A stretch of 64,000 bases of DNA from Patescibacteria group bacterium (GTDB lineage Bacteria > Patescibacteriota > Patescibacteriia > Patescibacteriales > GWC2-42-12), in the NCBI GenBank assembly GCA_028703305.1, contig JAQVNC010000001.1:56791-120790 (forward strand), in the 5' to 3' direction. The notes under the pieces are model-generated. The model was not told the DNA's origin, did not search any database, and saw only the letters and a program-made list of their open reading frames with translations. The stretch's first letter is position 1. The number at the start of each line of letters is the position of its first letter. A program made the translations under genes and the position numbers. Below are positions 9,150-16,758 of this stretch, piece by piece.

Positions 9150-9249
9150 GCTTGGCCTAAATTTATAAAATTTTCTACTGCGGAACTCGGCCGCCTGCTG
9201 GCGGCCTCAAACAGTCCTCGCACGAAAATTTTACAAATTCAGCCCAAGC
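9150..9249 (+). repeat. Second copy of the long-hairpin element (see 4212..4318), with covarying stems
   Basis: gcttggcctaaatttataaaattttctactgcggaactcg-GCCGCCtgctGGCGGC-ctcaaacagtcctcgcacgaaaattttacaaattcagcccaagc. Confidence 0.6.
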
Positions 9250-9251
9250 AT

Positions 9252-10043
9252 TTGTTCTATATGTTAAGAAACATTGAAAGCCAGCATAATCCATTGATTA
9301 AAAATTTAATAAAGTTGCGCGAAGCCGGCCGGGAAAGAAAGCGACAAGGCTTGTTTTTAATTGAGGGTTGGCGTGAAATAAATTTGGCGCTAAAGGGCGG
9401 AGTGGAAATTGTTAATTTGTTTTATTGCCGAGATTATATTAAGCAAGAATTGGAATTTGATGAAGAAAAATTAATTGAAGTCTCAAAAAAAGTTTTTGCT
9501 AAAATATCTTATCGGGAAAATCCTGACGGTTTTTTGGCGGTAGCAAAGTTTAGGGAAATAAAATTAGAAAACATAGAATTAAGCCCCAAGCCGTTAATAA
9601 TTATTTTGGAAGCGGTGGAAAAACCGGGAAATTTAGGCGCGATTTTGCGCACGGCCGACGCGGCCGGAGCGGACGCCGTTATAATTAATGATCCTAAAAC
9701 CGATATTTATAATCCGAACGTAATCCGCGCCAGCCAAGGCACGGTTTTTACTGTGCCGGTAGTTTTAAATTCAATTGACGAAACAATTAATTTTTGCAAA
9801 AGCAAAAAAATAAAAATTTTAGCCACTACGCCGGACACGAAGAAAGAATATATTGAAGTTGATTATAATGGCGGCTGTGCTATAGTAATGGGCGCGGAAG
9901 ACAAGGGTTTAAGCGATGAATGGCTGGCATCGGCTAATGAAAAAATTAAAATAAAAATGAGGGGGATAATAGATTCATTAAACGTTTCGGTCAGTACAGC
10001 CATAATTTTGTTTGAAGCCGTAAGGCAGAGAAATAATAAATAA
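9252..10043 (+). CDS. TrmH/SpoU-family RNA 2'-O-methyltransferase (RlmB-like)
   Basis: SPOUT motifs LIIILEAVEKPGNLGAILRTADAAGADAVII…IVMGAEDKGLS; the start may be the ATG at 9261. Confidence 0.8.
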   Translation: MFYMLRNIESQHNPLIKNLIKLREAGRERKRQGLFLIEGWREINLALKGGVEIVNLFYCRDYIKQELEFDEEKLIEVSKKVFAKISYRENPDGFLAVAKFREIKLENIELSPKPLIIILEAVEKPGNLGAILRTADAAGADAVIINDPKTDIYNPNVIRASQGTVFTVPVVLNSIDETINFCKSKKIKILATTPDTKKEYIEVDYNGGCAIVMGAEDKGLSDEWLASANEKIKIKMRGIIDSLNVSVSTAIILFEAVRQRNNK

Positions 10044-10102
10044 AAAAGCGGAGAGTGTTCATTAAAATATATATTTTTGCCCAATAGGCGTGAAGGAGAT
10101 TT

Positions 10103-10897
10103 ATGAAGGAGAATAGAGAAGTGGTTGTAGAAGCGTTTGATGTTGCCGGCAGTTTTAATCTTGTGCTTTTGCGTTCCCAAATTGATGGGCGAGGAAGTGT
10201 ATTAGGGAGAAATCCTTTGATTTTGGGGTTTGCTGAAGAGCGCTATATGGCCGTATTTGATTATGGCTCGGTAGTTTTTTTTAATTTTTCCATTGAGGAG
10301 GCTAGAGTTTGGCTGAAAGAGCTAAAGGAGCTTTCATTCAGTCTTAACCGCAAGGAGTTCACCGACAGCTTCGCTCTTTATATTGGTGAAAATGGCCAGG
10401 AGCAAGCCACAACTGAACAGCTTTTGGTTAAGGAGTTAACCCGGGACGTAGTGAAGCTGGTGGCAATTGTTTTGTCCCGGTCAGTTGCCTTGGAGTATTA
10501 TGAGGATATGATTGAAGACAAGATGGATCATTTAGAAGGGCCGATAAGCTTATTGGCTAATAAAGGCAGGCTATATTGGAGTTCAGGCAAGTTCACTAAA
10601 AAGTTCGGCTCGGTATTAAGTATTAACTTGGAGTTAGTGCATAGTTTGCACCTTTTGGACGAGCCGGATATTGCCTGGGAGTCTGCGGAGATGCAGCGCA
10701 TTTATCGGCAATTAAACGAGGTATTTGATTTGGACAACCGCTCTCGGGCGGTTGGACAAAAGCTTAAGGTTATTAAGGAGTCATGCCAGTTTATTTTGGG
10801 GCTGCAGCATTTTCGTACCGACAGCGTTCTGGAGCTGGCGATCATAATTTTGTTTATCATTGATATTATTCTTCTGTTCTTCCCATTCAAGCTATAA
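10103..10897 (+). CDS. DUF155/RMD1-family protein with a C-terminal TM helix (tentative); noticeably GC-richer than its neighbours
   Basis: Overall architecture with the C-terminal helix LAIIILFIIDIILLFF, and a codon composition shift. Confidence 0.45.
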   Translation: MKENREVVVEAFDVAGSFNLVLLRSQIDGRGSVLGRNPLILGFAEERYMAVFDYGSVVFFNFSIEEARVWLKELKELSFSLNRKEFTDSFALYIGENGQEQATTEQLLVKELTRDVVKLVAIVLSRSVALEYYEDMIEDKMDHLEGPISLLANKGRLYWSSGKFTKKFGSVLSINLELVHSLHLLDEPDIAWESAEMQRIYRQLNEVFDLDNRSRAVGQKLKVIKESCQFILGLQHFRTDSVLELAIIILFIIDIILLFFPFKL

Positions 10898-10918
10898 AGG
10901 GAAGTTCGCGAGATATAA

Positions 10919-10949
10919 CCAACCCATCTTTTTCGGATGGGTTTTTTTA
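10919..10949 (+). terminator. Rho-independent terminator
   Basis: aacccatc-tttttcg-gatgggtt followed by tttttt. Confidence 0.65.
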
Positions 10950-10956
10950 TAATAAA

Positions 10957-10984
10957 TAAAACAATCCGGTTCTTGGATTGTTTT
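10957..10984 (-). terminator. Hairpin terminator for tRNA-Asp (minus strand)
   Basis: aaaacaatcc-ggttcttg-ggattgtttt followed by an A/T run on the minus strand. Confidence 0.5.
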
Positions 10985-10991
10985 ATTTTTG

Positions 10992-11065
10992 CGGGACGGA
11001 CGGGACTCGGACCCGCGACCTCTGCCGTGACAGGGCAGCGCTCTAACCAACTGAGCTACCGTCCC
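10992..11065 (-). tRNA. tRNA-Asp (anticodon GTC)
   Basis: The reverse complement folds into a cloverleaf: gggacgg…ccgtccc acceptor, D arm gctc/gagc, anticodon loop cuGUCac, T arm gcggg-tccgagt-cccgt, discriminator G. Confidence 0.85.
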
Positions 11066-11171
11066 AATGATAAACAAAAAGTCTCTGGCGAGACTAAAAT
11101 TATACTAACAAAAAAAGAGAAGTTAGTCAATTCCGGAATTATTTGTAAAATTATTAAATCTCTGCTAAATT

Positions 11172-11300
11172 CAAGATAGTTTAGCAAGGTAATGGATTCC
11201 CGCTTTCCCGCCAGAGGCGGACAAGCGCGGGAATGACAAATAGATTCAAGGTAGTTTATTAAGGTAATGGATTGCGGCTCGTAGGCCGCAATGACAAAAT
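11172..11300 (+). repeat. Tandem pair of short hairpin repeats (aaggtaatggattcccgc…gcgggaatgacaa and aaggtaatggattgcggc…gccgcaatgacaa) immediately upstream of the ychF start
   Basis: About 70-bp unit duplicated (tcaagRtagtttaNNaaggtaatggatt…aatgacaaa); both units end in the AATGACAA motif shared with other copies. Confidence 0.65.
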
Positions 11301-11308
11301 AAAAAATT

Positions 11309-12367
11309 ATGTCTTTATCAATCGGAATTGTCGGTTTGCCTAATGTCGGCAAATCAACTTTATTTAACGCTTTAACCAAGAAAAAAGTTGAAGCCTCCAA
11401 TTATCCGTTCTGCACCATTGATCCGAATGTGGGCGTGGTTAAAGTTCCGGACGAAAGGCTGGAAAAATTGGCGACTATTTCCAAGCCTAAAAAAATCATA
11501 CCGGCCTATATTGAATTTGTTGATATCGCCGGCCTGGTTAAGGGCGCGTCCCAAGGCGAAGGGCTGGGCAACCAGTTTTTGTCCCATATTAGAGAGTGCG
11601 ACGCTATTTTAGAAGTGGTGCGCGAATTTAAGGACGATAATATTATTCATGTTAACGGTAAAATTGATCCGGAGGGCGATAAGGAAACCATAAACCTTGA
11701 ATTAATTTTTGCCGACTTGGCCACGGTTGAAAAAAGATTGGATAAAGTCGCACGAGAAGCTAAAAGCGGCAATAAAGAGATGATTGCCTTAAAAGCGCTT
11801 TTGGAAAAATTAAAAATACAGCTTGAGGCCGGCAAGGCTGCGCGCGAGCTTGAGTTAACAGATGATGAAAGAAAAGAAATAAAAAATTTGGGATTGTTAA
11901 CGGTTAAGCCGATAATTTACGTCCTAAACTCCGAGGATAACGCCACTGAAAAATTAGATTGGGGCAGCGAGGTTATTAAAATTAACGCCAAGCTGGAAGA
12001 AGAAATTGCCAGCCTGTCGGAAGATGAGCAGATAGAATATATTAAAGAATTAGGCTTAGACCAAAGCGGTTTGGATAAATTAATTAAAGCTTCATATAAT
12101 GTTTTAGGTCTAATTACTTTTTTAACTACCGGAGCTGACGAAACTCGGGCTTGGACAGTTAAACAAAGCTCTAAAGCGCCGCAAGCGGCCGGCGTCATCC
12201 ATACGGATTTTACCAAAGGCTTTATCCGCGCTGAAATTATTAACTGGCAGAAATTCATTGAAGCCGGATCCGAGGCTAAAGCGCGCGAGCTGGGTTGGAT
12301 TAAAACCGAGGGCAAAGAATATATAATACAAGACGGAGACGTTTGCAATTTTTTAATAAATAATTGA
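11309..12367 (+). CDS. ychF: Ribosome-binding ATPase YchF
   Basis: GIVGLPNVGKSTLFNALT G1 motif, DIAGLVKGASQGEGLGNQFL, and a TGS C-terminal domain. Confidence 0.9.
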   Translation: MSLSIGIVGLPNVGKSTLFNALTKKKVEASNYPFCTIDPNVGVVKVPDERLEKLATISKPKKIIPAYIEFVDIAGLVKGASQGEGLGNQFLSHIRECDAILEVVREFKDDNIIHVNGKIDPEGDKETINLELIFADLATVEKRLDKVAREAKSGNKEMIALKALLEKLKIQLEAGKAARELELTDDERKEIKNLGLLTVKPIIYVLNSEDNATEKLDWGSEVIKINAKLEEEIASLSEDEQIEYIKELGLDQSGLDKLIKASYNVLGLITFLTTGADETRAWTVKQSSKAPQAAGVIHTDFTKGFIRAEIINWQKFIEAGSEAKARELGWIKTEGKEYIIQDGDVCNFLINN

Positions 12368-12390
12368 CAAAGTTTATAAAATTGCTATAT
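12363..12390 (+). promoter_or_regulatory. Near-consensus sigma70 promoter (TTGACA-16-TATATT) overlapping the ychF stop codon
   Basis: tTGAca contains the ychF TGA stop; spacer aagtttataaaattgc; -10 tatatt. Confidence 0.6.
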
Positions 12391-12396
12391 TAAAGG

Positions 12397-12645
12397 GCTA
12401 CATCACAGTTGCTCTTTTTTAATACGCGGGATTCATTGGCCTGCCGGGGCTAATGATGAAATTTTTGCTTAAGCCTTTAAAACCAGTCCGCTGGCCGAGG
12501 CCACCTCCTCCTACCGCAACGGACGGGGTTTTCGCAAAAGTTTGATTTCCCGCTTTAGGGGTTGGTCTGCTGTGCGGCGGAGTTGCCAACGACTGCTCCG
12601 CTTGACTAATGCATGCCACGGACCGCCCCTTTTTCTCTTTTTAAA
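12397..12645 (+). ncRNA. Candidate GC-rich structured ncRNA of unknown class, about 250 nt, bounded by a promoter and a terminator
   Basis: About 55% GC in a roughly 35% GC genome with no credible ORF in any frame; long-range stem aggggttggtc/gaccgcccct followed by ttttctcttttt; an internal gcggag…ctccgc hairpin. Confidence 0.4.
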
Positions 12646-12883
12646 AAGCATCAATTAAGATGCTTCTTTTTTTATAAAATTTGCCCAGATTATTTAATCT
12701 AAAATTTCATATTCCCAGCCCGGTTGCCAACCGGTCGCCAGGTCATTCTCATTATCAATCGTCGTGCCATGCACGAAGTAGGTTATTTTTACGGGCATAA
12801 TTAAGAGTAGATATTTTATTTAGTACAAAGTGTAAAAGAATTAGGGTATAAATGCTCCGGAGACAAGGCTTATTATTACATGA

Positions 12884-14137
12884 CTATGCGGCAAAAGCAA
12901 ACAATTGTTGCTGAATGCACACAGGCGTTTCCTCTTTTTCTTCTTCAATTTCACCGTTAAGCATTTTAATTATCATGTCGCCGATGTGATATCCGAGGTT
13001 TGCAGGTACAGCATTTCCTATTTGTTTATATTGTTGCGAAACGGATCCTGAAAATTTCCAACTATCTGGAAATGTTTGAATTCGCGCGTATTCGCGCACA
13101 GACAAAGGGCGCGTTTCATCTGGATGGCAACGTTCAGTTTGTTTTTGAGCCGGACTGCAAGTTAAGGTTAAAGATGGTTCGTCCCATGACAATCGTCTCG
13201 CCATGCCAGTTTTGCCGCCACCCATAAAATAACTTGCTCCCATGTATTCTTTTTGAAGATTTTCCGGAAGATCTCTCCAGTACCCGCCAGGAGGAATTAG
13301 TTCTAATATTTTTTTCTTTTTTTCGGGATATTCTTGGCCTTCAGATTTTGGGCATCTGTTGAATGCTTCACGCAGGGGAACGATATAATCTTTTTCCCTT
13401 GGAAATGAAATTGGAATATTTAAATCTTTTCTAACGCCAATAATTATAAGACGTTCTCTTTTTTGCGGAACATCCAAATATTGTGATCGTAGAATTTTAT
13501 ATTTAACTCGGTATCCAATTTCTTCTAAAACAGACACCATCGTTTTAATCGTTCTGCCATCGTTATGGTTTAGTAATCCTTTGACATTTTCTCCAATTGC
13601 AATTTTAGGCCTAACTTCCTTAACACATCTCGCGAACTCAAAAAATAATGTACCCCGTATATCTTCAAACCCCATTTTTCGACCAGCTTGCGAAAAAGTC
13701 TGGCAAGGGAAACCTCCTTGAACAATATCAGCCTGCCCTTTAAAAAATTTAAGCTCTCTTATATCTTTTTCCACAACATTCCAATTTGGCTTGTTGATTC
13801 GAAGTGTTTCACAGGCGTGTTTGTCATACTCGTTTAATAACACATGTTCAATTCCCGCGTTTTCCATCCCTAAAGCAGTGCCCCCTGCGCCAGCAAATAA
13901 CTCGATTGCTGTGTAGTTGGACATTCGATTATTCTTTAAAATTTTAAATTTGCTTTTTTTATCCCCATGAGTTTTATTTTGTATTCTCTTTATTTCTTCT
14001 AAACTAAATATACGATCGTTTTTTCCATCTCTAAAAGATTTAATTAATCCTTTTTTATCCCACCTCCTGATAGTATCAATTGAAATACCTAATTGACGAG
14101 CCGCCTCTCCAGCGGTTATGAATTGATTTTTTTTCAT
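12884..14137 (-). CDS. DNA (cytosine-5) methyltransferase with an N-terminal MerR/excisionase-type HTH domain
   Basis: N-terminal FITAGEAARQLGISIDTIRRWDKKGLI (HTH); ELFAGAGG (motif I); GFPCQTFSQAGRKMG (PC motif IV); ENV; and a C-terminal QIGNAVP. Confidence 0.85.
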   Translation of the reverse strand: MKKNQFITAGEAARQLGISIDTIRRWDKKGLIKSFRDGKNDRIFSLEEIKRIQNKTHGDKKSKFKILKNNRMSNYTAIELFAGAGGTALGMENAGIEHVLLNEYDKHACETLRINKPNWNVVEKDIRELKFFKGQADIVQGGFPCQTFSQAGRKMGFEDIRGTLFFEFARCVKEVRPKIAIGENVKGLLNHNDGRTIKTMVSVLEEIGYRVKYKILRSQYLDVPQKRERLIIIGVRKDLNIPISFPREKDYIVPLREAFNRCPKSEGQEYPEKKKKILELIPPGGYWRDLPENLQKEYMGASYFMGGGKTGMARRLSWDEPSLTLTCSPAQKQTERCHPDETRPLSVREYARIQTFPDSWKFSGSVSQQYKQIGNAVPANLGYHIGDMIIKMLNGEIEEEKEETPVCIQQQLFAFAA

Positions 14138-14198
14138 AAAAAATGATAGATTAATAATCTATCATAATTATATCAAATAACCTTTGCCTAGGCAATGG

Positions 14199-14906
14199 TT
14201 ATTTAGTGAGAAAAGCTAATTTAAATAATTCAAAATATTTCTTAGCTTCTTCTTTGCTTAATTTAAACTTGTATTTGTCTACTAAAATATGAGATAGTGC
14301 TTCAAATAGTTCCTGCAGGGCATATTTTCGTCCGGTTGCAAGAGCATAAAAGCTTATGCCATCAATTATTCTGATATTTTTTGCGCTCGGTCTTCTTTTT
14401 TGAGTCTTATTGTCTGATGGGGTAAAAGGTTTGTCGTATATGTTTTTTGCTTGAGGTATTATTTCTACATAATATCCAGTAAAGCGATGAAATTTTTCTG
14501 ATTTAAGTTTTGATTTTATAGCATCATATATTTCAACCTTATGATTTCCTTTTGTTGTATTGAATTTATTTTTTACTTCCGCGATAATTTTCATTTTATC
14601 ATTTGCAACATCCAAACCTCCACCAACGCCGAGATTTTTCCAGCCAGGGATTGCACCCAATACTTCTTGATGAAAATCACCAATGGCATTTTGCATTGTT
14701 TTTTGTGATTGTCTGGCCTTTTCTTGTTTTATCCATTCTTTATATGTTATCGCATGGGTGACCCCATGAAACAAGGCTGAAAAAGGATCAATAACATTTT
14801 TATGGAGATTACTACTGGCCTCACGTTCGGTCGTTTTGATTATTCTGACCACTTTTCCAACGGCAGAAATTAGGTTTTTGTCGGATATAAATTTTAGATA
14901 TGGCAT
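14199..14906 (-). CDS. Putative type II restriction endonuclease partnering the C5-MTase (tentatively Eco47II-like)
   Basis: Adjacent and co-directional with the C5-MTase, 235 aa, no housekeeping similarity; the family assignment is from memory only. Confidence 0.45.
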   Translation of the reverse strand: MPYLKFISDKNLISAVGKVVRIIKTTEREASSNLHKNVIDPFSALFHGVTHAITYKEWIKQEKARQSQKTMQNAIGDFHQEVLGAIPGWKNLGVGGGLDVANDKMKIIAEVKNKFNTTKGNHKVEIYDAIKSKLKSEKFHRFTGYYVEIIPQAKNIYDKPFTPSDNKTQKRRPSAKNIRIIDGISFYALATGRKYALQELFEALSHILVDKYKFKLSKEEAKKYFELFKLAFLTK

Positions 14907-14927
14907 AAATATTTTTAATAATTAATT

Positions 14928-15110
14928 AAATCGTTTTCGCGGCGGAGCGGTTTTGCTCAACGTCGGCGCATATAAGAAGAAATGCGAAACGAGTTGAGGT
15001 GGTACAATTTGTGCGGAGCACTACCACCGAAAACGAGTGTAGCATTTTTTGCGTGAACGAGCCATGCGAGTGAGCCTTATATGCGCTGTTATATGCTGTG
15101 CCAGCCTTAT
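14928..15110. repeat. GC-rich repeat A: the 3' half of the 66-bp core plus a variable hairpin module (gcgcatataag…cttatatgcgc)
   Basis: cgcggcggagcggttttgctcaacg matches the right half of the cores at 15731 and 18911; long-range cgttttcg/cgaaaacg pairing. Confidence 0.6.
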
Positions 15111-15111
15111 A

Positions 15112-15570
15112 CTAAAGCTGTTTTTTCATTAGTGTCATTGAACCTACATCACCAACAATTTCCTTTATTTTTTTATATCCTAACTTCTTATAAAAATTTA
15201 CTGCAAAGGGGCTTGCTTTAAGGGAGACGGAGCGAAAACCCCATTTTTTTGCGTCACTTTCTAAACGATTCATGAGCTCTCTACCAATGCCCTTACCATG
15301 ATAATTCGGATTAACAAACACAGCACGACCCCAATTATCGTTCAGTGTTAAATCTAAAGTAGCAGTACCAACAACTTTTCCATTTAATTCAGCAACATAG
15401 ATATTGAATCGTTTAGAATCCTTAATAAACTGACCAGGTGTAAAATGCTTGTAGAGGATCACAGTTTGCTTTTTAGTTATATCTTTACTGTTAATTAAAA
15501 CGATACATTTTCTGCTTAAATAAGAAAGTTTTCGCTCGTCTCCCTTTTTAAATTTTCGAATTTTAATCAT
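15112..15570 (-). CDS. GNAT-family N-acetyltransferase
   Basis: Acetyl-CoA motif VGTATL…RAVFVNPNYHGKGIGRELM; start taken at MIKIRKF (15570), because the ORF-track N-extension runs into the GC repeat. Confidence 0.75.
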   Translation of the reverse strand: MIKIRKFKKGDERKLSYLSRKCIVLINSKDITKKQTVILYKHFTPGQFIKDSKRFNIYVAELNGKVVGTATLDLTLNDNWGRAVFVNPNYHGKGIGRELMNRLESDAKKWGFRSVSLKASPFAVNFYKKLGYKKIKEIVGDVGSMTLMKKQL

Positions 15571-15574
15571 AAGT

Positions 15575-15900
15575 TTAAGGCTGACATGGCATATAACGCG
15601 CGCGGGATATGCGATGCGCCTGGAGGCCAGTACTCTGGCCGCAAGGCGTTTCGCATATCCCGAGTTGGGCGATGCCGCTCCGCCTTGCCCGTAGGGCGGG
15701 CGAGCGGCGAGTCCAACGAGGGCCTGCCCGCGCGCGTTGAGCAAAACCGCGAGCACCGAGCGTTAGCGAGGGCGGAGCGGTTTTGCTCAACGTATCGGCA
15801 TATCTGATGTTTGCCGTAGCGTAGCGGAGGCAAATATGGGTGGAGGCTTTTGTATAAAAGCCGTAACCAGATATGCCGTGTTATGTGATGTGCATGTTTT
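15575..15900. repeat. GC-rich repeat B: hairpin cgggatatgcga…tcgcatatcccg, then the 66-bp core (15731..15796), then a variable hairpin module (ggcatatctg…cagatatgcc)
   Basis: The core cgcgcGTTGAGCaaaaccgc…gcggttttGCTCAACgtatc is identical to 18911..18976. Confidence 0.7.
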
Positions 15901-16016
15901 ACTTTAATCCCGATAGCAATCGGGATTGCTCTAAAAAAGAATTTTAATTTTGTTTTTTTTGTTTTGAAAAAATGAAAGAGGGGTTAGGGGTGAATTCCAT
16001 TTTTCAAAACTCCTTA

Positions 16017-16754
16017 TTATTTACTACGTTGTTTTTTATAAGCCTCAATAATTTTATTTGCCAATTCATTAGATTTAGATTCGTATTTTACAAATTCATC
16101 AATATTATCTTGTTTAACATGTAGCTGCCCTTCTCCGGTGTTGCCTCTGTGCTGTCCTTTTGAATAGTATTTATTTTGCTCAACTTCTTTTGAAGCAAGT
16201 ACCCAATATTTAATCGTGTCTCGCCAAACTCCAACCCAAACAAAAACATCGCAACATTTAGGCTTTACTTGTTGAAAATTCATATCAAATGGTAGTCCTG
16301 ATTCCCATGCTAACGCTTTAACATAAAGTGCTTCTTGACTGTTAAAATCGACAGCTCTTGAGGCTTTAACTTCTATTTTAATCATTTCTCCATTCGTTAG
16401 CGGATATAAAAAGTCGTATTCTCCAGAATAATTTTCTTCAAGTTTCTTTGTTGGCTTAATAAGTTCAGGAGCAAGCTCTTTTAGGTGTCCCTGTGCCCAT
16501 TGTTCTCCAAACCCACGTGGTGCAGAAATTTCAAATATGTAGAGATACATATTTCTAGCAATATACTCATCTCTAATTTCTAGATAATCGTCTAAAGTGA
16601 TTTTATCTAGACCTAACAAAGTTGAAATTATGTATTCATATTCATTAAATGGATACACCGAAATTAAATTTTCGAGCCTTGTTTTAAGTCCGTCGCCCTC
16701 TTGTTTTGAAAGAGAGTCTATCATCTTTTCGAGTTTTTTCTTTAGAATTTCCAT
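16017..16754 (-). CDS. Hypothetical protein with a PD-(D/E)xK-like motif; putative restriction endonuclease of the second R-M module
   Basis: …EYDFLYPLTNGEMIKIEVKASRA… (D…ExK arrangement); 4 bp downstream of and co-directional with the N6A-MTase. Confidence 0.4.
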   Translation of the reverse strand: MEILKKKLEKMIDSLSKQEGDGLKTRLENLISVYPFNEYEYIISTLLGLDKITLDDYLEIRDEYIARNMYLYIFEISAPRGFGEQWAQGHLKELAPELIKPTKKLEENYSGEYDFLYPLTNGEMIKIEVKASRAVDFNSQEALYVKALAWESGLPFDMNFQQVKPKCCDVFVWVGVWRDTIKYWVLASKEVEQNKYYSKGQHRGNTGEGQLHVKQDNIDEFVKYESKSNELANKIIEAYKKQRSK

Positions 16755-16758
16755 AGGA

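Noticed and set aside
11056-11400. Minus-strand 114-aa ORF, and the N-terminal extensions of ORFs 22126, 15112..15756, 15567..15833, 15575..15790 and 15586..15807.
   Set aside because: They lie entirely within repeat or GC-rich spacer sequence and overlap better-supported genes. They look like translation artefacts of the repeats.
12397-12645. Possible tmRNA: a GCC AAC GAC (A-N-D) tag-like frame on the plus strand.
   Set aside because: There is no tRNA-like domain (T-arm GGUUCGAAUCC, acceptor/CCA). The tag frame ends C-S-A-stop, not the usual hydrophobic ALAA. The length is too short.
12690-12810. A 35-aa minus-strand ORF (MPVKITYFVHGTTIDNENDLATGWQPGWEYEILD) in the M.C5 downstream region.
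   Set aside because: It is too short, has no SD, and shows no recognisable domain. It is possibly a gene remnant, but this is unsupported.
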